Assembly (NCBI RefSeq): GCF_913060805.1
Contig: NZ_CAJXTC010000024.1
Location: 8,079 to 72,078, forward strand
DNA length: 64,000 bases
Reading direction: 5' to 3'
Source of the DNA: an uncultured Draconibacterium sp.
GTDB lineage: Bacteria > Bacteroidota > Bacteroidia > Bacteroidales > Prolixibacteraceae
The position numbers were made by a program, and so were the translations under genes. Below the pieces are notes generated by a model. That model did not search any database. It saw nothing but the letters and a program-made list of their open reading frames with translations, and had not been told where the DNA came from. Of this stretch, positions 18,717-28,392 are shown piece by piece. Every line of letters begins with the position of its first letter. The first letter of the stretch is position 1.

Positions 18717-19916
18717 ATGAGAATCAGAATTAGTCTTCTGTTAAAGAAATCGAAGAGTAAGAACAGCGGGAAATGCCCTGTTTATGCGCGTTGTGTGATG
18801 GATGGACGAAGAATTGAGCTGTCAACGTCAATTTTGGTGGATGTAGATAGTTGGGATAAATCAAGGCAGGAAATTGCCGGGAATTCGCAGGAAATTAGAA
18901 TCCTCAATAATCGTTTGTTGAAATTCGTATCTGGAATTTATGATATCTATAATCAGTTGGAAGCAAGTCATGATGATTTTGATGTTTATACGATCAAAGA
19001 AAAAATCACAGGTACCAGTTCGAAAGATTATTTTATTGAGCTATTTGAGTCAGTTATCGAATCAATTGAAAAAAAGTTAGGGAAAGGCTATTCCAAAGGA
19101 ACTTTAAAACACTATCGTACTTCGTTAACGCGATTAAAGGATTTTGTAAAGGAATTTTATTTTCGGAAAGATATTGAGATAAAAAAGGTAGATTATACTT
19201 TTCTGAGTGCTTTTGACATTTATCTAAAATCGAAACACAATATAGGAACAAACACAGTGTGGGGATATCATAGGCATGTGAAAAAGGTGTTGAATGATGC
19301 GGTTTCAATGGGATTAATTGTTAGGAATCCATATGAAAACTTCAAGGTTAAGAGAGGTGATGCGAACCGAGACTTTCTCACTCTCAAGGAAATTAAAAAA
19401 ATAGAGAAGAAACGTATTCCGATTGATAGGCTTGCCATTGTGCGCGATGTTTTTATTTTCGCATGTTATACAGGTTTATCCTATTCTGATATTGCCAAAT
19501 TGAGTTACCAACATATACACAAAGGTGATGATGGTGAAGATTGGATTATTATTGATCGGAACAAAACAAAGAACCGGTGTCGTATTCCTTTACTTCCGAA
19601 TGCTTTACAAATTTTGAGAAAATATAAAGATTATGCATGGAATGAATCACAAGGCTTATTATTGCCAGTTCGTTCGAACCAAAAAATGAATGCTTATCTT
19701 AAAGAGTTGGCAACAATATGTGGAATTAAAAAGAATTTATCCATGCACGTTGCCAGGCATTCTTTTGCGACCTCTGTTACACTTTCAAATGGAATACCGA
19801 TAGAAACTGTATCAAAAATGTTAGGGCATAATTCGTTAAAAACCACACAAGTTTATGCACGAATAGTTGATAAGAAGATTTCGGATGATATGAAGAAATT
19901 GAAGGCAATTTTGTGA
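18717..19916 (+). CDS. Tyrosine-type site-specific integrase (Bacteroidota IntDOT-like subfamily: Arm-binding N domain, SAM-like core-binding domain, catalytic domain)
   Basis: 399 aa. The N-terminus LLLKKSKSKNSGKCPVYARCVMDGRRIELSTSI is typical of the Bacteroidota integrase arm-binding domain. Catalytic motifs are HVARHSFAT and LGHNSLKTTQVYA (Tyr nucleophile). It lies 286 nt downstream of tRNA-Lys. Confidence 0.85.
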   Translation: MRIRISLLLKKSKSKNSGKCPVYARCVMDGRRIELSTSILVDVDSWDKSRQEIAGNSQEIRILNNRLLKFVSGIYDIYNQLEASHDDFDVYTIKEKITGTSSKDYFIELFESVIESIEKKLGKGYSKGTLKHYRTSLTRLKDFVKEFYFRKDIEIKKVDYTFLSAFDIYLKSKHNIGTNTVWGYHRHVKKVLNDAVSMGLIVRNPYENFKVKRGDANRDFLTLKEIKKIEKKRIPIDRLAIVRDVFIFACYTGLSYSDIAKLSYQHIHKGDDGEDWIIIDRNKTKNRCRIPLLPNALQILRKYKDYAWNESQGLLLPVRSNQKMNAYLKELATICGIKKNLSMHVARHSFATSVTLSNGIPIETVSKMLGHNSLKTTQVYARIVDKKISDDMKKLKAIL

Positions 19917-20239
19917 ATTGGAATTCATCGTTCTTTTGTTCTCGATATAGTCTCTTTTAATTTGGGGTTAAATATTTTGAATTGAGATTTAGTGTGGATT
20001 GTTGAAAAAGATTTGCATGAAATATGGTTAGGAATGTATCTGCTTGACTGTTGGTCTGTGCCCAGTAAAGGACGATTTTGTATTTTCCTATGCGCTTAAA
20101 ATCAATGTCCTAGAGAGGTTGAAAATTTTTGTTCTCGGTAAAGTCTCTCTTAAATTTCAACAATAATAATTTCAATCTCAAAGATACAAAAATCGAATAA
20201 TAGTTTCCGTTGATTGATGTTATAACTGTTCTAATATTT

Positions 20240-20968
20240 TTACACCTCAAATATCTTCATTACATCTTCTTTATACATTTTTCCAACAGGCAACTTTAAA
20301 TTATCCACTTCTAGTACATTTCCCTCGAGTGAAAGGATTTCCTGAATTGCCACGATGTAAGATTTATGAATCCTTATAAATAAGTTTTTAGGGAGCGATT
20401 CCTCTAGCTCCTTTAACGATGCCAGCGCTGTAATTCGCCTTTTATTGGTGTGAAAAGTTACATAAGCTTTTTGCCCTTCAATGTATTTAATATCGTTGAA
20501 ATTTATTTTGTAGAATTTGCGGTCAGCTCTAATAGTAAGGTAAGAATCAGCGTAAGTGGTTTCCGACTGATCGGGGAGGAGTGGTAGCTGATCAGGAGCG
20601 TCAACTTTACTTCCCAATTTATCAATTACTTTGTTTACCGCCTGAAAAAAGCGTTCGAACGAAAATGGTTTTAGCAAATAGTCGATGGCACTTAAATTAA
20701 AACCTTCCAAAGCGTAGTCCTGATAAGCCGTGGTAAAAATTATTTCAGGTTTGTTTGTAAGACTCCTAACAAAATCGATTCCAGTAATATCGGGCATCTG
20801 AATGTCGATAAATAGCAAATCGACATCACCCTTTTTTATCAGTTCTGTTGCTTTTAGTGGCGAATTAAAATCGCCCATCAATTCCAATTCCGGTATTTTA
20901 CTAATATAATTCTTGATGTACTCACGTGCGAGACGTTCGTCATCAATTACCAGGCATTTAATTTTCAT
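20240..20968 (-). CDS. LytTR-family response regulator
   Basis: 242 aa with a receiver domain (IDDE...LLFIDIQMPDITG) and a C-terminal LytTR DNA-binding domain (FIRIHKSYIV). Its ATG overlaps the kinase stop (ATGA at 20965-20968). Confidence 0.85.
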   Translation of the reverse strand: MKIKCLVIDDERLAREYIKNYISKIPELELMGDFNSPLKATELIKKGDVDLLFIDIQMPDITGIDFVRSLTNKPEIIFTTAYQDYALEGFNLSAIDYLLKPFSFERFFQAVNKVIDKLGSKVDAPDQLPLLPDQSETTYADSYLTIRADRKFYKINFNDIKYIEGQKAYVTFHTNKRRITALASLKELEESLPKNLFIRIHKSYIVAIQEILSLEGNVLEVDNLKLPVGKMYKEDVMKIFEV

Positions 20969-21972
20969 GGTTCCAATATTAAGTCAACACTATAAGAACT
21001 ATTCTGCTCATCAATGAATAATTCATATTTTTGAGGATAAATAATTTCGAGTCGGTGCTTCACATTTTTTATTCCCAAACCACTTCCAGGGGCCGGTTTG
21101 TTGTTTTCCGGTAAAGTGTTTTCAATATGGAAATGTAATTTATTACTTGCGTGTTTAATACTTATATCAACATAAGCTAATTCATATTCTTCGATCCGGC
21201 TATATTTAAATGCATTTTCAATAAAGGGGATAAAAAGCATTGGCGCAATTTCAATATTGGCACCATTTACTTCTGATTCAATTTTTATATTCTGCGTAAA
21301 TTCTGATTTCATTTGCTGAAATGCCGTAAAGTTCTCGATATATTTTAACTCAGCGGAGAGAGGTACCCGGTCTTTGTTGCAATCGTAAAATACATAACGT
21401 AACATATCGGATAATTTAAGAACACTCTGAGGGGCATTTTGTGATTGCATATACGTTAGTGAATAAATGTTATTCAAGGCATTGAATATAAAATGTGGAT
21501 TGATTTGTGCTTTTAGGAGCTTTAGCTCCGTTGCTAGTTTTTCTTCCGTGAGCAGTTTTTCCAACTTCAATAGTTTATTTGTTTGCTCCATTGACCTGAA
21601 GGAGGTAGCCACGAAAAATATAAAACCAAAGCTAAAAAGATACCTAAAGATATGTAATGGAGCAGGAGGCTGGTTGGGATTGCTTGCACGAAAATCAGGA
21701 AGAATATAATAATCAACAACGATAACAACTATCGCGAATGCTATTATTACAAGAGATGAGATCCAGAAGTATTTTCTTCCTTTTTTGTGAAATCGCGGGA
21801 ATAAAAACATTGTAGTAACGTAAAACATTACACAATTAATTATTGTTTCGTATGCTGCATTTACAAATGCGAAAAGCGAACTGTTAAAATAATTTATGAT
21901 ATTAAAAATAAATAAAAACAGTACCAACCATAGTACCAATGGTATCCATATTTTTCGATGTAATTTTATCAT
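20965..21972 (-). CDS. LytS/YehU-type sensor histidine kinase (membrane 5TM-like N-terminus + His_kinase + HATPase)
   Basis: QINPHFIFNALNNIYSL is the PF06580-type H-box. The N-terminus is polytopic. The ATG at 21972 (MIKLHRKIW) is preferred over the track's GTG at 22020. Confidence 0.8.
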   Translation of the reverse strand: MIKLHRKIWIPLVLWLVLFLFIFNIINYFNSSLFAFVNAAYETIINCVMFYVTTMFLFPRFHKKGRKYFWISSLVIIAFAIVVIVVDYYILPDFRASNPNQPPAPLHIFRYLFSFGFIFFVATSFRSMEQTNKLLKLEKLLTEEKLATELKLLKAQINPHFIFNALNNIYSLTYMQSQNAPQSVLKLSDMLRYVFYDCNKDRVPLSAELKYIENFTAFQQMKSEFTQNIKIESEVNGANIEIAPMLFIPFIENAFKYSRIEEYELAYVDISIKHASNKLHFHIENTLPENNKPAPGSGLGIKNVKHRLEIIYPQKYELFIDEQNSSYSVDLILEP

Positions 21973-22160
21973 TTTACCGTCTTTGTTATAATAAGTAGAA
22001 CAGGATAGCACACTATACACTGAATCTTCGTGAAGGACAAATTTAAGCAGCCTTTTTTCAAATCAGGAAATTGTATAAACCAAAATACAAAATTCATATA
22101 CCAACCAACCATATTGTTGAACGAATGTAAGTTTTCTCGATTTCAATGCCAAAATGGCTT

Positions 22161-22190
22161 TTCGTTCATCATATAGGCGCTTTCGTTTAT
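22161..22190 (+). promoter_or_regulatory. Candidate LytTR-regulator binding site: two 9-bp direct repeats separated by 12 bp
   Basis: ttcgttcat (22161-22169) and ttcgtttat (22182-22190) match at 8 of 9 positions with a 12-bp spacer. They lie 54-83 nt upstream of the efflux operon ATG and upstream of a near-consensus -7 box, catatttg, at 22219-22226. Confidence 0.5.
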
Positions 22191-22243
22191 TATTTTTTAT
22201 AAATAAACACTGCCTCTTCATATTTGCTGTTGGAAAATTTAGA

Positions 22244-23383
22244 ATGAAAAACAGAAAACATTTAATCATGAAAAACAAACTTTTGTATGGCTTGGCGAGC
22301 CTGGTATTAATATTGGTTGCCTTTGGTGTTTCCGGGTTTTTAATTAAAACGAAACCGGAACCAGAGACGGACGGTACTGCCCACAATGTAATGTATGTTA
22401 AAGCCGATAAAGTAAAATTGGTTGAAACAGAATCAGATATGATTTATCGTGGGCGTGTTGCAGCGTTTGATAATATTTCGTTATCAGCAGAAGTATCTGG
22501 AAAGATTATGCAAGGCGATGTTCGGTTTAAAGCTGGTGAGAGTTTTAAAAAGGGTGATGTATTATTAACTATTTACAGCGAAGATGTTAAGGTCGCGCTT
22601 AAGTCGGGTAAAAGTAGTTTACTGCAGACCATTTCGCAGATTTTACCGGACATAAAAGTGGATTATCCGAATGAATTTGCAAAATGGAACACCTTTTTTA
22701 ATTCTGTTGATCCCGAAAAACCTCTTCCTCAATTACCACAAATTGATTCTGATAAAGAGAAAGTATTTTTGGCAGCGAATAGCGTTTTGACTAATTATTA
22801 TTCTTTACAACAACAAGAGATCAATCTGACCAGGTACACTATTCGTGCGCCATTTAATGGGATCTTTAAAACGGTTAATAAGGAGATAGGTGCAGTTGCT
22901 AATCCGGGTACAGAGTTGGCTAATCTCATCCGTTCTGATAAACTGGAGATTGTTGTACCTGTTTTTCCAAACGATTTGGAATGGATAAAAAGGGGTAACA
23001 GTGTACAAATTCAGGGACATAACGGACTTAAGCAAACTGCAACAGTTTCGCGCATCTCTGGTTATGTTGACGAGGAAACACAATCAGTTAATGTTTATCT
23101 GACTTATCAGGCCTTGGCTGGCAAAAAAAGTTTTCTTGAAGGAGAGTATGTCGATGTTGTATTAGGAAACTCAAGAGTTACAGGCTACGAGATTCCACGC
23201 GAAGCAGTTATTGACCAAAGTTTCGTTTATGAATTAAAAAACGGTAAGCTCGGGAAAAAAGAAATTCAGGTAGTCAGAAAACTTAACGATTCTTATATTA
23301 TTTCAGGAATAGGAGACTCACAATTAATTGTCACAGAATCACTGGCTTCTATAAACCCAAACGCAGAGTATCAGGCAAGGTAG
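22244..23383 (+). CDS. Efflux RND transporter periplasmic adaptor subunit (HlyD/MFP family)
   Basis: The start is moved to the ATG at 22244 (MKNRKHLIMKNKLLYGLASLVLILVAF signal anchor). The lipoyl, beta-barrel and hairpin architecture is typical of MFPs (GRVAAFDNISLSAEVSGKI, TIRAPFNGI). Confidence 0.8.
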   Translation: MKNRKHLIMKNKLLYGLASLVLILVAFGVSGFLIKTKPEPETDGTAHNVMYVKADKVKLVETESDMIYRGRVAAFDNISLSAEVSGKIMQGDVRFKAGESFKKGDVLLTIYSEDVKVALKSGKSSLLQTISQILPDIKVDYPNEFAKWNTFFNSVDPEKPLPQLPQIDSDKEKVFLAANSVLTNYYSLQQQEINLTRYTIRAPFNGIFKTVNKEIGAVANPGTELANLIRSDKLEIVVPVFPNDLEWIKRGNSVQIQGHNGLKQTATVSRISGYVDEETQSVNVYLTYQALAGKKSFLEGEYVDVVLGNSRVTGYEIPREAVIDQSFVYELKNGKLGKKEIQVVRKLNDSYIISGIGDSQLIVTESLASINPNAEYQAR

Positions 23384-23464
23384 CAGGTTGTTGACTTTAG
23401 CTGCTTTTAAATGTCGTATTCACCTTGCGACCCGGTACTCTTATTTTTTTAATTCAAAATAAAA

Positions 23465-26400
23465 ATGAAAAAAATATTAACACAATTTGTAAAATATCCA
23501 TTTTATGGGAAAATGGTAATTCTTGTTTTGTTGCTTATTGGCGGAATTTCACTGTACAATATGCGAAAGGCAACTTTACCTTTGGTTGAATCAAAGACCA
23601 TCACTGTAACAGTGATGTATCCGGGGGCCACACCAAAAGAGATGGATGAAGGAATTACTTCTCTGGTTGAAAACAGCATTCGTGGAATTGCCGGTATTAA
23701 AGAGTTTTCTTCACAATCACGCGAAAGTTCTGCCAGTATAACCATTACCGCATTAAATGGTTACAATATGGATGAATTGTTGGCAGAAGTAAAAAATGCA
23801 GTTGACGGCATTTCGAACTTTCCCGCGGCTGCCGAACGCCCTATTGTTTCAAAATCAAGGTCGAGAGATATGGCCATGTTTATGTCACTGGTTTCTGAAT
23901 CAAATGATATTCTGGAATTAAACCGTATGGCAAACCTGATTGAAGATGATTTGTTGGCTACAGGTAAAATCTCGCAAGTATCGATCATGGGACTACCCAG
24001 GAACCTGGAACTTGCTGTTGAACTGGATGAAACACAGATGCGCCGCTTCAATCTTACTTTCAATGAAATTCAAAATGCCATTTCCAGTAATAATCTTGAT
24101 ATTTCAGGGGGGACAATCCGTAATCCACGTGAACAAATTAAAGTTATTAGCCGCCAACGCTCTGTCGATCCGGAAGACATTAAACAAATTGTAATTAAAG
24201 CAAATGAAAACGGTCAGTTGGTAAAAATTGGCGATGTTGCAACCGTTACATTGCAAGGACCGGAAGATCCAAGCAACGGATTTATCGATAAAAAACCGGC
24301 GGTTAGTTTTATGGTTCAGAAACTAATTAGTGAAGATCTGGAGGCAATTTCAGACGAAGTTCATGCATATATCGATGAGTTTAATGCAAAACATGACGAT
24401 TTTACCATTGAAGTAAGAATGGATTTTCTTGAAATGATCGACGGGCAACTTTCCATACTGATAAATAATGGTTTACTGGGAATCTTTTTAGTCATCCTTC
24501 TTCTGTCACTGCTTTTAAATATTCGCCTTTCGTTATGGGTGGCCTGGGGTATTCCAGCTTCATTCCTTGGAATGTTTATTGTTGCTGGTATTACAGGAGT
24601 AACTATTAACTTAATAAGCCTTTTCGGGATGATTCTGATTATCGGTATCCTGGTAGATGATGGAGTGGTAATTGGCGAAAATATCTTTACGCATTTTGAA
24701 AAAGGTAAGTCCCCACGTCGCGCAGCTATTGACGGTACTCTGGAAGTTCTTCCAGCAGTATTTACATCGGTAACAACAACTATTATTGCCTTTGTTCCGC
24801 TTTTGTTTATCGAAGGCCGGATGGAAATGATGTATGAAATGGCTTTTGTTGTTATTATTTGTCTTCTGTTTTCATTACTTGAAGGAATGTTTGTTTTGCC
24901 GGGTCACCTTGCCAATCCTCATGTTTTAAAACCACAAAACGAAAAATCGTTTTACGGGAAATTACGTGTTAAAGTAGATAAAATAATCTTTGGTTTCAGG
25001 GATAAAATTTATACTCCATTTCTGCAATGGATGTTAAATCATAAAGGGCTGTCTATAGCATTTGTTACATCAATGTTTATTCTTTCCGTTGGTCTGGTAG
25101 GAAGTGGAAAAATTGCTTTTACTTTTTTCCCACAGACGCCGTCCGATATGTTTTCTATTGATTTGGCTTTAAAACCCGGAGTAAATGAAGAAATAACAAA
25201 AGAAAAGCTCTTTTATATTGAAGATAAAATTTGGGAGGTAAATAACGAGTTAATGGAAAAGTATGGTGATACAATCTCTTATGTATCATCTCTCAATGTT
25301 ACAATGGGAAGTTCGTTTAGTGGGGCCGAATCAGGAACAAATGCCGGAATGATCCGTGTGTTTCTGAATCCGCTGGAAGATACGCAGGTTTCGGATGAAC
25401 TATTGAAACGAGAAATTTCGGACAAGGTGGGTAAAATACCCGAAGCTTATAAATTTGCTGTCGGAGCTTCGAATCGTTTTGGTGCACCGGTTTCAATAAG
25501 TTTGCTGGGTTACGATCCTGATGACCTGGAAGAAGCGAAAAATGAACTGGAAGCCGAATTAGAAAAAATGCCTGCATTGTTTAATATTACCAATAACAGT
25601 CAGATCGGAAGTCAGGAGTTAAGATTAAAACTCAAACCCGAAGCATACGCCCTGGGAATTACCGAACAATCGTTGATGGCTGAAGTTAGACAAGGTTTTT
25701 ACGGAGCACTGGCGCAACGTATTCAGGAAGGCAAAGATGAAATCTGGGTTTATGTGCGTTATACACGAGATAATCGTCAAAATATTGGCCAGCTGGAAAA
25801 TATGTTAATACACACTCAAAGTGGTAATTATCCGCTGGGAAGGATCGCTGAAATCTCAACTGCACGGAGTTTGAGTACCATTAACCACTATAACGGACGT
25901 CGCGAGATTCGGGTTGATGCGTATCAAAAAGACATGAGCCAATCCGTACCGGATATATTGGATTATATCGAAACCAATATTTTACCAGAGATAGAAAAGA
26001 ATCATCCACAGTTAACCTATATGCATCAGGGGCAACAAAAAGATACGCAGGAACAGATGGGAAGTATGATGCTTTATTTCGGATTGGCGTTCTTGGTAAT
26101 TGTCTTGATAATCATGTTCTATTTTAAATCATTCCGACAGGGTATATTGGTGATCGCGATGATACCATTAGGTTTTATTGGAGCTATTTGGGGACACGGT
26201 ATTCACGGTCAACCAATTTCAATGATGAGCCTTTGGGGAATGGTTGCCCTATCGGGGGTAATAATTAACGATGCTATTGTTTTTATTGCTAAATACAACC
26301 AAAATCTTGAGAAAGGGATGAAAGTATTGGAAGCGGTTAAAGATGCCGGGAAATCACGTTTCAGGGCTATCTTTTTAACCACTGTTACAACCACGGCAGG

Positions 26401-26665
26401 TTTAATGCCACTAATACTTGAAAATAGTCCTGATGCCCGTATGCTTATTCCTATGGCAATTGCACTGGCTTATGGTATTTTGTTTGGCACTGTATTTATA
26501 CTCATCATTTTACCTGTACTAATTGTATTATCAAATAAAGCGACCCTGGTGCTTCGAAGTATTCGTTCAAAAGTGCCAATTGAACCGGAATCAGTTGAAA
26601 CAGCAGTTATTAATGCAAATATTGAACGGACGTTAAGCCAGAATATGGCCAAAGAGTTCGATTAA
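23465..26665 (+). CDS. Efflux RND transporter permease (AcrB/AcrD/AcrF family)
   Basis: 1066 aa with 12 predicted TM segments and two large periplasmic loops. IGILVDDGVVIGENI and GVIINDAIVF are typical RND TM4/TM10 motifs. Confidence 0.9.
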   Translation: MKKILTQFVKYPFYGKMVILVLLLIGGISLYNMRKATLPLVESKTITVTVMYPGATPKEMDEGITSLVENSIRGIAGIKEFSSQSRESSASITITALNGYNMDELLAEVKNAVDGISNFPAAAERPIVSKSRSRDMAMFMSLVSESNDILELNRMANLIEDDLLATGKISQVSIMGLPRNLELAVELDETQMRRFNLTFNEIQNAISSNNLDISGGTIRNPREQIKVISRQRSVDPEDIKQIVIKANENGQLVKIGDVATVTLQGPEDPSNGFIDKKPAVSFMVQKLISEDLEAISDEVHAYIDEFNAKHDDFTIEVRMDFLEMIDGQLSILINNGLLGIFLVILLLSLLLNIRLSLWVAWGIPASFLGMFIVAGITGVTINLISLFGMILIIGILVDDGVVIGENIFTHFEKGKSPRRAAIDGTLEVLPAVFTSVTTTIIAFVPLLFIEGRMEMMYEMAFVVIICLLFSLLEGMFVLPGHLANPHVLKPQNEKSFYGKLRVKVDKIIFGFRDKIYTPFLQWMLNHKGLSIAFVTSMFILSVGLVGSGKIAFTFFPQTPSDMFSIDLALKPGVNEEITKEKLFYIEDKIWEVNNELMEKYGDTISYVSSLNVTMGSSFSGAESGTNAGMIRVFLNPLEDTQVSDELLKREISDKVGKIPEAYKFAVGASNRFGAPVSISLLGYDPDDLEEAKNELEAELEKMPALFNITNNSQIGSQELRLKLKPEAYALGITEQSLMAEVRQGFYGALAQRIQEGKDEIWVYVRYTRDNRQNIGQLENMLIHTQSGNYPLGRIAEISTARSLSTINHYNGRREIRVDAYQKDMSQSVPDILDYIETNILPEIEKNHPQLTYMHQGQQKDTQEQMGSMMLYFGLAFLVIVLIIMFYFKSFRQGILVIAMIPLGFIGAIWGHGIHGQPISMMSLWGMVALSGVIINDAIVFIAKYNQNLEKGMKVLEAVKDAGKSRFRAIFLTTVTTTAGLMPLILENSPDARMLIPMAIALAYGILFGTVFILIILPVLIVLSNKATLVLRSIRSKVPIEPESVETAVINANIERTLSQNMAKEFD

Positions 26666-26739
26666 AAAAGAGGATTACAGGTAGTTTATTATTTGGCTTC
26701 CTTTACAAAAAATTATCAGCTTTTTACAAAAATATTATC

Positions 26740-28038
26740 ATGAAAAAATTAAAATATATAATTCCACTACTCATTCTATTAATAACGGGTAGTGTTCAGG
26801 CGCAACAAAGTTTATCATTAACAGATGCTATAACCATTGGTTTAGAAAACAATTACGACCTTCAGATTATTAGAAAGAATGAGCAAATAGCCAGTGTCAA
26901 TAACCACTGGGGGAATACTGGTGCTTTACCATCTGTTAATTTCAATCTGAATGGGCGAGAAAATTTCAATATAAACGACAACGAAAATTATCGCACACAA
27001 ACTATCTCGCCCGAGGTAAGCTTAAACTGGGTAGTTTTTAATGGTTTTTCAGCAAAAATTACAAAAAGTAAACTCGAAGAGATGGAAGCCCAGTCGCATG
27101 GAAATACGGCGGTTTTGGTCGAAAGTACTATACAGGATATTATTGTTGCATATAACAGCTGTTTGTTGCAAAAAGAAGTGGTTGATGTAATGAAGGAACT
27201 TAGCGATCTGTCGGAAGATCGCTATCGTCGGGCAGAAGATAGCAGAGAAATAGGTGCCAGTACTACTTATGAGATGCTACAGGCAAAAACCTCGTGGCTG
27301 GAAGATCAATCGACTTATTTGCAACAAAAAGTTGATTTCGAAAACTCGATACGGACTTTAAATTATGTTTTGGGCGTACAAGACGATATTGTATGGGAAT
27401 TCACGAGTGAATTGGAAACTACCATGCCCGAATACTCTGTAGAAGACTTGAAATCCAAAATGTTATCGAATAACCAAACTTTAAAAAACCAGTATTTAAA
27501 CCAGAGTTTACTGGCCAAAGAAACTGAACTAGCAAAAAGTAATTTTTACCCTTCTATAAGTGTAAATACCGGTATTGGAAATACCTGGATGGATAATTAT
27601 TATTCAGGCAGTACTCCTAATAACGGGCAAAACTCTGCCAGTGCTTATGTTGGGGTAACCTTGTCGTTTAATATTTTTAACGGAGGAATAACACGCCGGG
27701 GTATTCAAATTGCTAAAATTAATGAAGATGTTACAAAGGTTCAAACCGACCAGATGCAACATAGCCTAAGCAATCAGCTAGTACAATTACACAGTAACTT
27801 TAATGTACAAAAGGCGGTGCTTGAACTAGCCGAAGAAACGGTTTCTACTGCACGTTTAAACCTCGATTTATCGGAAGAAAAGTTAAAAAGCGGGGCAATT
27901 AACTCATTCAATTATCGCGATATTCAGGTGGTATATTTAAATGCCGTTGTATCAAAATACAGAGCAATTTATAACTTGATTCAGTCCAATACCGATTTAC
28001 TTCGCATTACTGGCGGGATAATTAGTGAATATGAGTAA
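26740..28038 (+). CDS. TolC-family outer membrane efflux protein
   Basis: 432 aa with a signal peptide. It starts SLSLTDAITIGLENNYDLQI and has duplicated OEP repeats. Confidence 0.8.
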   Translation: MKKLKYIIPLLILLITGSVQAQQSLSLTDAITIGLENNYDLQIIRKNEQIASVNNHWGNTGALPSVNFNLNGRENFNINDNENYRTQTISPEVSLNWVVFNGFSAKITKSKLEEMEAQSHGNTAVLVESTIQDIIVAYNSCLLQKEVVDVMKELSDLSEDRYRRAEDSREIGASTTYEMLQAKTSWLEDQSTYLQQKVDFENSIRTLNYVLGVQDDIVWEFTSELETTMPEYSVEDLKSKMLSNNQTLKNQYLNQSLLAKETELAKSNFYPSISVNTGIGNTWMDNYYSGSTPNNGQNSASAYVGVTLSFNIFNGGITRRGIQIAKINEDVTKVQTDQMQHSLSNQLVQLHSNFNVQKAVLELAEETVSTARLNLDLSEEKLKSGAINSFNYRDIQVVYLNAVVSKYRAIYNLIQSNTDLLRITGGIISEYE

Positions 28039-28392
28039 ACTGAAATCATCTTAACAGATCTTTAAAAATATCATTTTTGCCTCACTTGAGGGAGGTAGGG
28101 GGCTGATAGCAAAACAAACTATTATCATTATTTCATGAGATGTATTAATAGTCATACATTCTTATTGTGGATTGATTTGTTATCTTTATTAATATACAGG
28201 AAGCTATTGGAGATGTAGGTAGTTAATAAATTCCTTACATTTATAGAAGTAGGAAAAAGAGTTTTGATTCTAACATAAAACCTGCAACATTTGAATGTTC
28301 AAAATGCTGTAGATGGTTATTTTAATTTATATTCGGCTAAAATCGATGTGAAAAGGTACCTCAATTCCTAATATAATTTAAGGTTTGTCTTG

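Noticed and set aside
22063-22386. Track ORF 22063..22386 (-), 107 aa, in the kinase/efflux divergent region
   Set aside because: It overlaps the predicted promoter and operator and the 5' end of the MFP gene on the other strand. It has no motifs, so it is treated as spurious.
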